DNA of 58,592 bases, filler included, from Platydemus manokwari (Eukaryota): NCBI GenBank assembly GCA_037951405.1. It is 4 parts of 4 records of this genome, joined end to end, with 100 filler letters (N's around TTAATTAATTAA, not from the genome) between each part and the next. Parts side by side here need not be neighbours in the genome. Positions count along the whole stretch, not along the records: positions 12,518 to 21,864 come from JBBMOY011260985.1; positions 21,965 to 34,542 come from JBBMOY010072234.1; 2 more parts are not named here. The stretch is one strand, 5' to 3'. This document shows positions 13,600 through 27,354 of this stretch, piece by piece. Under the pieces are notes generated by a model. It was not told the DNA's origin. It saw only the letters and a program-made list of their open reading frames with translations, and did not search any database. Numbering within the stretch: position 1 is the stretch's first letter; every line of letters begins with the position of its first letter. A program made the position numbers and the translations under genes.

Positions 13600-15470
13600 A
13601 AAACCTATAGCACTATGGAGTCATATTTTGTTCATTTCAATTAGATTTCACAGCATCAGCGTATTGTCGACCACTTTAAGTTTATCTTTTATTCTCGAAA
13701 GTGAATGTTTTTTCAATAATTCCGCGCCAGTTAGAGTTATTTCATCATTTACAAATCTGGATGTCTCCACAGTTTCTGTCTTTTTATGCTGTTCTTCCTG
13801 TATTCTCTGCATAGTTTTAATTCGTTTTTAGTAGATTGTCATGCTCTTGTTGGGTTTTTCGGTATATAAACACATCATCCAAATAATCGACAAAGCCTTT
13901 AAAGATAAATTCATCGAACAGCTTGTGCATTAGTATTTGAAAAGTTGCAGGTGCTGTAAATAGTCCAAACAGGGTTCTGCTGAAGCAGTATTGGCCGGTT
14001 CTTGTGGTAAAAGGTCGACTTGTGGTAATTAGTTCGACTTAGTAATAAGCCTATCCAAAATCTATCGAGAAGAAATATTTAGCATCCGTCAAAAGAGTCT
14101 AGAGGTTAGTATAAGGAAACTAAATTTTCTGTCACTCCATTGAGTCATAGATAGTTCACACACATTCGGATAGATCCGTCCTTTTTTCATATAATGACCA
14201 GTAGTGAATTCCAAGCATTCTTGTATGGTCTTTTGAGCAGGTTTTTATCAGGGCTGTCTTTTGAGATCCTGCGAAATAGGATTTCCAGCGATTACTCCAC
14301 TTCCTACCAACGTTTAGTTGCTGTAATTTCTTGTTATATATTGATTCAAGCCCACTAACAAAATGTATGCGACGGAGTTGTTTTGGTTTTTTTGATATGC
14401 TATGTCGTGCATTACTGGGTCTTCATTTGGATAAAATTGATCTTCGATATCGTTTTGAATATACAAAATTCTAACTTCTACTCTGTGTCTTGTACCTGGT
14501 ATTAAATAGCATGATCTGAAATGATGGTCACCTTAGAGGGCACTGTAGTGTCCGCTTTCTTCATAGCAGAAGTAATTATCCAATAGTTCTTCTTTTGCAT
14601 CTGGCAGGCATCGACACTTATTGAAAATTTGCTTGCCCATGTATTTCATCGGATACAATGGTCTATTTTTACCTGAAGCGAACTTTTGTTCTGAAGCTAT
14701 TAGCTCGGGATTCCGTGTTATGATAATGGGGTGGTTTATAATTACTGGACTCGTTTCTTACTTTTTTGTACTGGTTATTCCACCGGTTGCTTCTTCCAGT
14801 TTTTAGCGCTTGAGCATAGTTGTCTCTACAAATTGTATTGACTGCCTGGAAATCTCGTTTTACACTTTGTTCACGATTCGCAAGCACTTCTGCAGCATTC
14901 CTAACATCTATGATATCCATTTCTGGTTTCAAAGCAAGAACGTCTTTTTATCTGTTCGATGATCATGATATCTCTTGCTGATGATATCTCTTACTATGGA
15001 ATCCGGTTTCAATATGGAATTCATAACCGCATAAACTAATATTTGAATTCTTATCTCGAAAGTGGCAAACCGTTCGTTCTTTGATTGTTAAACATTTGTG
15101 AGTTTGACAGTCATATCCATTATCGATTTTTTCATTGTAAATGTATTATCCAAACACGAATTAGATGATTCTTTTGTGGTATCGACCGATTCGAAGTAAT
15201 GTTCACAAAATTCTCGTCTTCTATGAAAGCAGTAAATTAAATGCGCTGAAAAGGCTAAAACTATTAATTAACCACCACTTCTCTGTGTCTAGCATGCACT
15301 TTGCGACCTCGTTTGAAATTCTTCCATAAATTTTCGAATATTGAAATTGAACGGTTCTTGTGCCAGTTTTGGCGAACTGTCTGATAACTGTTTCTTCTGC
15401 TGATTCCTTATAATTGCATTGAATTGTATGGGGTGGTCGCCAGGTACATCATAAACGCTTCCCGGCATAA
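13600..15470 (-). mobile_element. Degenerate, internally deleted Ty3/Gypsy LTR retrotransposon (gag-like region and RT)
   Basis: Minus-strand RT motifs WNSLLV..KKDGSIRMCVNY (~14157-14215), AKYFFSIDF, FTTRTGQYCFSRTLFGLFTAPATFQ and YLDD (13874-13885), with multiple stops and frameshifts. Gag-like ORF remnant at 14669-14932. Confidence 0.88.
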
Positions 15471-15506
15471 CATTTATTTAAAAAACTGCACTAATGTGCC
15501 AATCAA

Positions 15507-15900
15507 TTGTTTAAAAAAATACAACGTGTTTCTTCATTTAATCATTTATTTTTACCAGTACTACTTTTAGAGAAAAATTACATAGATATACTACACTCAG
15601 TTGGACAAACCCGTTTTGAAAAGTTCCATTTCCTTCACGATTTCCCTCTACTGCATTCGACGTATGTATTTCAAAAAATGCTTTCTGAGATCAGCTTTAC
15701 GATGATTTGGCCTCCATTATACTCGCCAACCCTGCCTACCTTCTCCTGAAAATACTCTATTCGTGGGAAAAACAATCAATTGGTTAAAGAAGTTAAAGAT
15801 GGTTTGGAAAAATATTTTGCTTCAAAACATGTCGAATTGCATGGAAACAACATAAAACAAAATCTTATGAGTGGCATCAGCGGATATTATCATTATTATT
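15507..15900 (+). mobile_element. Mariner transposase C-terminal relic
   Basis: FHFLHDFPLLHST..KMLSEISFTMIWPPLYSPTLP resembles mariner FLHDNARPH...HPPYSPDLAP; downstream EVKDGLEKYFASK resembles the mariner C-terminal helix. Confidence 0.65.
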
Positions 15901-18900
15901 AATATTGAAAATCACAAACAAATCATTTCATGAATTATTTATTTGTATTTATAACTATTTCAAATATCACATTTATTCTCAAATCATCTACAGGGAATGT
16001 AACATTTTTAGAATTGTAATTAAAAGATGATCACGTTGATATTTATTGCATTGATTATACACCACATAACAAAGGTAACAACGCCACGATTTTCTGTATT
16101 AAGTTTTTACTTTAATCATCAGTATTGACAAAATGACAATTACTAGAAATTTCCGAAATGTAATTTATAATCAATCAACATTAAGTGAATATTTACTATT
16201 TTCATTCCAATATTATTGAGCACTTTAAGTTATTGGATAAGTTCATGTGGTGTTTATATAGACGGAATTTAATTCTAAAAATGTGTGTTAAGATATTATT
16301 TATAAATAAATAAAATAATTATTTTTGAAAGTTCGGGTAATTGTTTCTCTCAGTATTTTTCCCACTTCTCATTTCCATTCAATTAATTTTTCGATATCGT
16401 CCTACATGTACATAATATCAAATAATTTTTCAGTTAAATTAGAAAAATCATTTATTTATTGTTGTTATTAAATTATTGTTTCACAATTTATAATAGAAAT
16501 GAAAATAATATTTCTTTTGAACATTTTTATTGTAATATTAGATAAAATTATAATACAAGGTAAATATTAATAAATATAATAATATAATTATACTTTTAGG
16601 TAAACTTTTTTCACGAATAGAACATTATTCACAAACTCATTAATTTTGTTGAAAGAATACAGTCTACACAATTAGTAAATGTTCAATGATTTATATTATC
16701 TTGGTGTTTGTAATTAATAAACGAACATCACTATCTGTTCTTTAGAATTCAGACATGCTAAATTCAGACATGACGTCTAAAGAGCTCCTAAATTTAGAAA
16801 CAAAACAGGCCAAAATTAGCACACAGATACGACTCATGCAACCTGCAAAATCAGTATATAAACACAAGCAGATTCCGTTTGATTGCACTTTATTGTACGC
16901 AATTACAACTCACGTTTGAGAACATTTCAGGTAGTTTTAAAGATATTTAGACGAAGCGATTCAATCTTATTATTACTCCGACGAAGAGAAAGAAATCATT
17001 TATTTAATTAGCAGAAGCATACATCGAATCTGTTGTATCAATTGTAACAAATCCTGAATCCGGTATATTATTGTTGTTTAATTATTTAGACCAACATGAT
17101 GAGTAAAAATGTTTATTTTTCTTATGCGCCATAACCATCTAGATTTACTAAGTTCCACTTATTATCTCCAATCTTCTTTTTTTAACCAAAGAGGTGTGTC
17201 GCCACCTAGTTGGACACACCTGAGAGTTCTTCTAAAGCGTCTATCCTTCAACAATAGAAATTGTCTCTTTAGTGTATTATAAAGTTCGATTTATAATGTT
17301 ATAAAATTATTTTATTGTAGCATTTTATTTTATAATTTATTTTTATTCTTATTTTTCAGGATAGCTTATATTCTCCCTGACTATTTATATTTGCAATATT
17401 ATTTGTAGCATAAGAGAGTGATTGAAATCTTCCTTACGTATCCAAGACGAGCGGATTCTGTTGAGAACAAAGTTGCAACCTAATCTTATATTTATAACTT
17501 CAATTTAATTAATAAGTTGTATTTTAAAGGAGTAGAATTTTAATTTAATTTCATTTATTAATTTATATCGTCATAAAACTCCAAGACATTTTGCTCAATA
17601 ATATTTTTTGAATCATCACAATGTCAGACAACAATGGAACTGAAACATGTCATAGTTGTACACTTACACTAAAATGTCTGACGTTTAGAATATAATTTAA
17701 TTTTTTGCTGACATTTCAAAACAATATTATCAATTAAAGAGTAAATGAAATATTTGCAATTGCGAGTTCGTTGAACCCACCTTTTTAATGGATTATTTTA
17801 ATTGTCTAGAATTTTATATGGAATCATGAAATTATTCATAATTATTTTTTATTCTCAAATTAATCATTGTTAATTTAAAAAAATCTAAAATGAATAAATT
17901 TAAGTTCTAGTTTCATAAAATGATCTCATTGTTTCGTTAACAAGTATTTGGTCAATGAATTTAGTAATGTAAAACTTGATAAAATTAATCATAAACGGAA
18001 GAAACTGAAAAGAATAATTTGATAATTAAACTTACTAGTTATGATTAACAATGTTTAAGGAAGAAATTAATTTTTAAAATTTTGAAAAAATATCTGATGA
18101 AAGAACAAAATCGAAATATATAAAGAATCAGATTTAGAATTTATCCAAGAATAAAAGCAATATTAATATTTGAATTATTGTTTTATCTTTCGTTATCTAC
18201 TCATTTTAATTTAAAAGTAAACTTTATTTAAAATAATTATTGAGGATATCGTTCACTTTATTTAGTGTGAAGAGGAAAAGATTATAAAACCAGATATTTA
18301 TTATAAAAACATTAATCGTATTTACTTTGTATTTTTAACCATATTTTCTGATTAACGATAAATTATATTGCTTTTCTTTGAGTCTTAATAGCGAGTCATT
18401 ATTGTTCGTTATGAATTATTGGGGTGGTTATTGTCTGCTTACACTCCTCCAACATGATTTCAGTATTTTAGATGAGGATGACGTTACTGGAAAGTTAACT
18501 GAAGTTTCAAGAGTTTAAAGCTTATTTGAAATTTATGGATTAACGCAGCAAGGATTAATTTGTCCTACTGCATTAATTTTGACTGGTATTAATTATTTCT
18601 TATAACACAAGATTTCTTATTGGGTGAATGTTATAAAATGGTATAATAAAATATTATAATATACTGTTATTTATTTATGATTCGGGTTTTACATGTAGCT
18701 AATTTTATTTGGAATTTTTATATTTTGTATAATTTTTTTTTCTAATTTTTCCTATTTTTCATTTCAATGTCCTGTTACTATTTTTATGTATTCGTAAAAT
18801 ATGTAGCAATTTTATGACTTACTATTTTCATTTCTCACTACTTTTTTATTCGCATTATTACGTCAGATGAGATGTAATTCATTTATTGTGATTTTATTAT

Positions 18901-21795
18901 TATTATTCTATTATTATTTTCATTCGATTTTCTTCTCATTCCTTATTTTATTGCTTAAAATGTTATTGAATTTGTACTATTATTCTTATCTTACAATCAT
19001 TTTTGTTAACTTTATTATTATGTATTGCTATTTGATAATTCTATCTAGCGTTATTTGATTATTATTATTGCTTTAATTCTTGTTTCTTATTTTAATCATT
19101 AATTTAGAATTTTCGGCCTCTCATTAATCTCTTTTATTGATTCACAATTTAAAAGAATAAAGTCAATTTTCATACAAAAATGCTAATTAAAATCATAAGC
19201 ATACACAACAAGTAAAAATTAAATATAAAAAATTGAAAAACGTAAACGAAAATTAATTCACGAGTTTATTTTAATTTTTTTTCAATCAAAATTTTAATTC
19301 AAAAAAAAAGTGAATAAGTTTTATCTATTATTTGAATTATTGTGCGTGATTTAATTGTATTGCTTTAATGGTTTAGTCTAGGAAACAGTATGAGTAGGGA
19401 GAAAAACGCTATTGTAACCTACACAAAAAAAAATTTTAAAAATTATAAATATTAAAAAATGAATAAATAAATAAATCAAATTGAAAAAAATATGAAAAAA
19501 ATATGAAAAAAATAGAAAAAAAAACAAAAATAAAGTAAATGAAGAAAACCAATAAAAGAAAAAAATAAATAGAAAAAATATACATAAAAAAAAATCACAC
19601 CCCAAAAAATTTTTTTTGACATACCTCCCTTTTTTTAAAAAATTTTTAAAAATTTAAAAAAAAATTAAAAAAAATAAAAATAAAAAAATAATTAAAAAAA
19701 TAGATAAAATGAAAAAAAAAACACCATGCTTTAAAACTGTTTATGAGTGTTTTAATACAATATTTTGCCTTGCTGGACTTGAATTTTTTGCAAGCGCAAA
19801 TTTAAAATTCTAAAAAATGATTTTGTTAACCCCCATATAAATAACCTACATAAACGACCAACGTCTTTGAGCACTTTACCAGATCATACATTAAATCTAT
19901 ACAATCCAAGAAAACTATTTTCTTTACTTCATCATCGTTACATACCATTTTTTCATACACTTTGCAAATTGGGTTGCATTTTCTAGTGTTTTTCTTCGAA
20001 GGTTTTTATATTTTGTCAGCCTATGGTTTCTATATTCAGATTGAGTTTCAAATTTATGGTTTCAATTTAGTGTTTACATTTCTCAAAATATTTGAATTTA
20101 CGTGTTTCGATTTTATGGAATAACCTAAATTATCAAAACGCCAAAAGTTGTCTATCTCTATAAATGACAAGCACAGCGTGTGTAACGTTAATCCGTTCAT
20201 TTGATTTGAAAATCCTTTAAAACAATGGTTACCATGACATAACTATAGTACAAATACCATGGTTATTTTTCAAAATATTATTTGTTTTCGAAGATTTAGA
20301 TAGCGACTGGATTTTAGAATGTTGATACAATGCATCTAAGTTTTGTTTAGAGGAGAACAGTTAATTAAAGTGATCCGAATTAATTAATTATTTCTAACAT
20401 AATCACAGAGACCAAACTTTATTTGGATTATTGAACTCCAGGTATTACTTTTACTGGATTCTCATTAATAAAATGAACGAAATCGTTAAATAAATCGTTA
20501 TTATTATAACGCATCATTCCATACAGTTAAAAAATTAGCTCTTCGTTTTTCTTTTCAAGTGGATCCATGTATTTTGTTTCTAGTAATACTTTCCACTTTT
20601 ATTTCTTCTTAATTTTCTCCTCTCGTCAAACGCTTTAAAGATGCCTGATCTGATCTTAGTTCTTGCTTTCGACGATGGTTAAGATCTCAACACTTCTTTT
20701 ACTCTCAGTCCATTCCATCTAATTTGCTCTGATGTTGTTTAACTAAATCTTGTTTCCCTTTTATCATCTCATTAGGTATCACTCTGTGTAATTTATTTAT
20801 TTTATCAACTGTGTTGAAAAAACCTATAAATCTTTTTCTAAACATTATTTAAAAGGAATTCACCAGTGCAATGACATAGAACGTTGTCAACTCCTGTGTA
20901 GATATTTTCTGTGTATCTGTAATATTTCATTTGATTCACTAATCGGTGCTCGCTGAATTCAGAATATTAAAAATATTTGCAATTCCTGATTTGTGCAATG
21001 ATGTAGATCAAATTATTCCTAACCCTAACCCATTTTTCCAAAATAAATTTTCAAATGGTGAATATTTTAAGGAAATTTTTGAATGCATATTTATAATCCC
21101 TATTCATCACGTTATATATCGGAAATTTGTTTCATTGTCTTAATGTAACTTGCCTGACATTCAATAATGACGAATTTACAATTTCCAGGTCGTTTTACAC
21201 GTTTTTAGGCTGAGCTCGTGCCCTTCATGTGTTAACGAGTCTCCAACTCGATTCAACGAACAGGTATTGGTAGAAGACTAGAATTTGAAAGATTAATGGT
21301 GACCAATTTATGAAATAGATGGAGTGAATTAAAATTAAAATATCATCGCGTTCTAAAACCCATAATCCAATGTGATAGTTCGATCGGATTAAACCTTTGT
21401 AAAATATGAAATTGAATTGCTCAATACATGGATCGTTTAACTTTTAATTGATATTTCTGCTTCGATATAATTCAAATCTTCGTCTGAGTACAATATTTTG
21501 AAATTTTCGTCTCATAAGTATGTCTATGACACATATCATCTCTTACAGACACTCAATTGATTCGATGAGAAAACTCTTTATTTGAAATTACACATCCATT
21601 ACCGTCTTGAGATGATATTTCTGAAAATTTAAGTTTCGAAATTAAAATACCCTATTAACCAATGCTGATATCAAATAGTTTTTGACACTCTTACTGATTT
21701 ACTCTGTTAGAAATACTTATGGTCCGATAAAAATATATACAAAATCCAATTATATAGTAATTTCAACGAAACAAATAAATTTAGCGAAACTAACA

Positions 21796-21864
<69 letters not shown>
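21796..21864. repeat. (ATT)n microsatellite running into a gap
   Basis: About 23 perfect ATT units abutting the N run. Confidence 0.95.
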
Positions 21865-21964
21865 NNNNNNNNNNNNNNNNNNNNNNNNNNNNNNNNNNNN
21901 NNNNNNNNTTAATTAATTAANNNNNNNNNNNNNNNNNNNNNNNNNNNNNNNNNNNNNNNNNNNN
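21865..21964. other. Assembly gap with artificial linker
   Basis: 44 N + TTAATTAATTAA + 44 N. Confidence 0.97.
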
Positions 21965-21999
21965 AAATCAAACAATGTTGACTGATTTTGATAGCTTAT

Positions 22000-24280
22000 G
22001 AATAGAGCTTCAAAATGACGCGTATGTTAATGATTTGCTACGGCACACACACAATTGTTTACATCTGGTGTCAAATTCCGGTTATTAAGTTATAGACCAA
22101 ATATCTTTTTCTTATACTATTTTCACCCCATCTTTATGATTATTTCACTGACCATCATTTCTTCTTCATCTGCTCGTATGTTATGACTGACGTATATGTT
22201 CTATATACTGTCTCAGAATCACAGAATCGCTTCGTTCTTACTGAAATGTCCTTTATCATCAAGTAATTATTATCGCGTAAAAAATGATTAAAACATGAAC
22301 GGAGCATCTCCTCCTACAATCTGACTTCTAATATCTCAAACTCATGAGAAAGAACTTCAAAATCTCAAAATTTCTTCCTTTATAAGTTACGTCTATAAAA
22401 TCTAACATTTCCGTCAATGAATTAATTGCGTTACTCCAATTTTCATTTCCACACAAATTTAAAAGTTCTAGCCTATTCGCCACCGTATTTCAAACTATTC
22501 TCGAAATTTTGTCAAAAATGTTATACAAGTCTCCAATTTTATCTACCATCTCTTTAATTTTTTATTACTCTACTCATAATCAATATTCTCACCACTATTA
22601 TCATAGCCTTCATTTATCAACCTCAATAATTTATTTAGTTCAATCATTAGATTATGCCCTTCTTCACTTTTATTTTTTCCATCAATTATTCTAGCTTGTC
22701 TCTCATCATCGATATTTATGATTCCAATTAAGATTGACATTCAGATTGTGTCAAATTGATTTTGAAATGATTTGTCATCTTTACATCGATATTTATATTT
22801 AAGATTTGTGTAAATCCTTGTATCACGTTTGTGTTACATTTTGATTTTACCTATCATTTCTCAAGTTCTTTTTGGATTTGTTGATTTTGTATACTCGATA
22901 TTGGTTGATTTCTATGTGTGTGTTACTATGTGGCTATGACCCTTTTTCAAATTAGTTGATTGAATGATTTTGTCGGCATGTAAATACCTAAAGTGCTAAA
23001 ATAAGGGTTCCAAGGTGTAAATTCATCTTCATTTTGGAATATTTCATCTTTACTCAACAATAGCTTTATCAATTGTCGTTATCTTCTGTACACATTCACA
23101 GATAATTGGTTCACAGTCATTATTGTTGTAGATCTGATAGTGCTAGTAAATGAACACATTTAAGGGTTTTTTAAAGGTTAATGCTCTTTCCGTTGGTCTC
23201 ATTGGGCAATCGCCCTCAAGAGAGTGAATGATTTCTGCTCTTTTTGCTTTTCTTTAGCAATAAAAAGAGTGCAATGCTGATTGTTGACAGTATTGCACAG
23301 GTTGAGATGAGATTGATTTCCTGCCTATTCCGAATTTGTTGACAATTATCGATTCTGCCAGGTAGAAATTGTTCTCCAATTTAGCCTATCTCAAAACATT
23401 GTGAACGAGAACGAGTTATCAGACATGAACGATCATATTCGCAAGTTTCTCCTTTACTATCCTGTCAGGTATTCGATTTTCTAAGATAGATCTGTCTGGT
23501 TGTGGCTTCCGGTATTGCATTTAATATACTTGTCTTTCACCCACGTATTGGAGAGAATTAGGTCCTGTTTGTATTAAAATTCATTTCTTTGAATCCCACG
23601 GATCATCTCTTAAGTTTTTTATTCTTGCTTCCAGATTATGGATTAAATCTTTTGTTCTTGTGAAGTTCTTTCAAGGTATTATTTGATTTTGACATATTGC
23701 ATGGATCATTTCTTCGCAATTTTCTTCCTTTGCGTACCTTGTAGATTTGATATGTGATTGATCTTTGATCAGATATACTGACATTATGATTTCCATGCCA
23801 AGGAACACGATTCGTTCTTGCGAATTTAGGCATTCGTTTCTGTCTTATCTACTTTTTAAAAAGCTCTGTTTGAACATTTCGTGCAGTTTTAACATTCTTT
23901 CTTCCTCTCTTCTTTAAATATTCGACCTGATATTCTTGGACCGATCAAGTTGATTACAACATTTTTGATTTCTCGAATGCTGGGTCTCGTGAATTCCCAT
24001 TTATTGAAGAAGATTTGAATGGTTAATATATCATCTTTGTCACTGGTGATTGTCAAAGATTGATTGTTAGCTTATCTTCTTTTTGATTGTTTTTGTTGCT
24101 TGATGTCAACTCCTTTTGCAATTTTGAGGTTTTGGTCATTATCGATATTTGTGGCTGTTACTATTTTAGAGTGGTTGATGATCTCTCTTGATTTTCTCGA
24201 TCTAGACCGACTATGATTATTTCTATTATTATACGATTGAGGCTGTCATAATGAGTTTCGGCGGGTTCCATTTTGCTTTG
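22000..24280 (-). mobile_element. Highly decayed retroelement-like coding relic, family unresolved
   Basis: Purine-rich minus strand with broken protein-like frames (e.g. SILENRIPDRIVKEKLA; ORF 23636-23833) and no splice structure. No diagnostic motif found. Confidence 0.3.
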
Positions 24281-26678
24281 AACTAAAATAATAGATATGT
24301 TGAAAATAAAAATAAATTGGATATAATGCAGCTCTGTAAAACTATTGAATTTCAGAGTTATCTAATTATTTAAAAAGTTATATTTGTTTGTTTCTCGATT
24401 TTCTTATGAACCGAAACCTATGAACTTTTCTTAAATTTAACCAAGATTTAAAAATCAACAAAATCAAACAAAAATAAAATTATTATTGCATCACGACTTT
24501 TATCTACTTACAATATTAAGTAAATTAGAAAAATATTAACTCGAGATTTACATTTTTTAAATTTTAAATCGTGAGACGTTTATAATCATTGAATAAATCT
24601 AGATTGAAATTATTAAATAATCATTATAATTACATTGGGTTTTACAAAAAGTTAGAACTGTCAGTAAAATACCAAATGATTCAAATGTTTTAACGTATTT
24701 GATTTGAAATCACTAACAAAATTGAGCCATCACAGTGCGCTATTATCAATCCAAAATAAAAAGCTTGTGAAATACTTTAATATAATTTGTGAATCATCAA
24801 ATATTGGTCATTGTGAATCACCAATTATTTATTGTTTGCCAAACTGAATTACCTTCAATGTTAAATGTCGCAATATTTAATTTACAATTAAAGTTAAATT
24901 TCGTGATCCAAAGCTGATCATTTTAAATAAGCTTTATTTCATTGGAAATAATTTTTCAAACAAAGCCAACTTTAAATTAACATGAATGCAAACATAGTCA
25001 TTGGAGAAATTTAAATTTTTAATTTGTTTTCAAATATTTATGTTTGATTAGTCACTTTCGATTATTTGCTTTCAAATGTTCAACTTTGTTACTTGGGCTG
25101 AGTAATTTTATTAGAAATTTGTTTCAATCTTTTTATCAATAACTTATAAAATGGTTTAATTGCTTATTTTTCTAACTTACTTCGTGTAATTTTATAAATG
25201 AATATTGATCCAAGTATCCCCACTTGTTAAAATTATTGGTCATTCATATTGATTTGTACCAAGTAAAAAATTGGCATGATTCAAAAAATAAAATATTTTG
25301 GACATAACATTTAAGATATGAAGTTATAAATAAGAATGAGTTAAAATTTCTTTTGCATTATCATAGTTGGTTTCTTCATTGTATTTTTGGTATCTTGCGT
25401 AATGTTTCGAAACATCAAGTAACTTTTATTATTTTGTAAAAATCTACATGAAATTCCTTCAATAGATTTTGGCGAATGTCACAAAACTCGAAATAATATT
25501 TGTATCTAATCATGATAATTGTAAATCAATAAACTAATTAATGAAATAATAAAACTAGAAATTGTAATACACAAAGTGTAAAGGGAAATAGAACAAAATT
25601 ATATTTATTCAAACGATGAAAACGAATATTTTATCATTTTTTGTGACTGAGTTCAATGAATTGATGCTTGCTATAAAACATCTCAAAAATCTCCCCAATG
25701 AGAAGAATTTTATCAATATCATCCAATATTGAGATGAATTGTGTAGTGTTCTCATATATAAAAATTAGTAGTTCTCCAAATATTTTGATAATATTACTAA
25801 TGAATTTGATAATAATAAAGTGCTATAGTTGCACGTGCTTCGAAACAAACTTAATATTTTCCACTAATAGATTCTTATCAAAGTTTTAACCAAAACCACT
25901 GCATCGGATAATTAGCGAACTTGTAAATGTCAAATTATATAATGATCCTCACAACAATGTCCGTACTTCGTTATTTTATAAAGTGATTTTTTAGTTAGTT
26001 AATTTAAATTTAACAAGATTTAATTATTTATTTATCAGACTTAATAGTTTTTATTTAATGAGTTTCTTTATTTGTATTTAACATATCGATTTTTTTAATT
26101 ATATAAGATTTTTTCCATTTTCATTAAATTAAAATTTTTATTTATTCAATTTATTTATTTATTTAATTATACTTTATTTATAATTTATCAAATTTATAAA
26201 TCTTTCATCAGAGTTATTAATCTCATTTATTGATTTTGTATTCATTTGTTTATGATTTCATCCAATTAACTTTTTATTGAGAAGTATATCAATTTTACTT
26301 TTTTATTCAAAATTTATCAATATTTGGTGCACAAAACTCTGTTATTGGGTAAAAGATACCCGGAAATAAGAAAAACCAAAAAAATTCAGGGTATGGGTTC
26401 AAAGACTGATTTTACTTGAAATGTTCATCTGCTGTTCTGATGAAATTGTTGTTTGAGTAGTGTTGATAAGACTTGAATTAATCACAACAAATTGTTGATA
26501 AGCCGAATGATAAATAAGTATGGTAGCTAATATATAATTGAAGTTATTTCACCAATATCTGACTCTTAGAAGTGATTAAATTCTGCTCTTGTGAATAGGT
26601 ATATGATAAATAAAATAATCTAAGATCCATAGAATCTATCGATTTTTTACAATAATACAATAATTACAAATATAATAT

Positions 26679-27354
26679 TGTTGGGTTTTATAAGTTTTAG
26701 TATCTGAGGTTAACGCGAGTCTATTCTATCCCAACTTATGTGTTTATTATTGTTCGTAACTGTTTACGTAACACCTGACTCCAAAGGTGCTGTGTATAAC
26801 TATGCTATGAAAACAATGAGTTTATTAGAAATATATATTCAAATAATAAACTACAATCTATTTAAATAATCAAATACAATCTATGATTTAATCGAGTTTG
26901 ATAAAAAGTTTTAATAATGACAAATAACCAGGCTTAGGGGTTTTTCTTAATTTACGCTTAATTATGGTTTAAAGATTTTACTGACTCTATGTAAATAGAG
27001 CTTGTGATTTTAGATGTGGTCTCTTAGGTTTCCCGGTAAGAGCCCTAAAGTTACTAATTTATTGGAGGTTAGGCCTACGTGGAACCGTAACCTCTTAGAC
27101 TAGATTTGTTTGATATTTTAGATTTTAAGGAAGTTAGTCTCTAGTTGAACTGGGTTCAGTCTAGAGTAGATGTGTAATTAGAATGGATTAATTAATTAAT
27201 AAACTGTAGATTTGGGCCACCAGAACAACAGAACAGAGTTGTTGGTGGAAGTTAATTTGTAGGAGATAGATTAAGCTGTTGGTACTTTGCACTATTAGAA
27301 TGAATAAAAATAATTTGTATTCAAGTTTGTTTATGATATAAAATGTTAGCAACA
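26679..27354. repeat. LTR-like dispersed repeat (possible solo LTR, TGTTG...CAACA)
   Basis: Begins TGTTGGG and ends CAACA. The first ~150 bp are homologous to 58453-58592, including the identical 26-mer ACACCTGACTCCAAAGGTGCTGTGTA (26771-26796 and 58525-58550). No clear target-site duplication. Confidence 0.55.

Noticed and set aside
19378-19720. Hydrophobic Phe-rich ORF resembling a membrane protein (likewise 4892-5170, 8436-8699, 18867-19058)
   Set aside because: Products of A/T low-complexity sequence, with no motifs or splice support.
21018-21031. CCTAACCCTAACCC telomere-like motif
   Set aside because: Only about two units; expected by chance or within repeats.
21682-21912. Poly-Ile ORF
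   Set aside because: Translation of the (ATT)n microsatellite and Ns.
24700-25980. Possible LINE reverse-transcriptase relic on the minus strand
   Set aside because: Only a faint TSG..ILG-like resemblance; too degraded to support.
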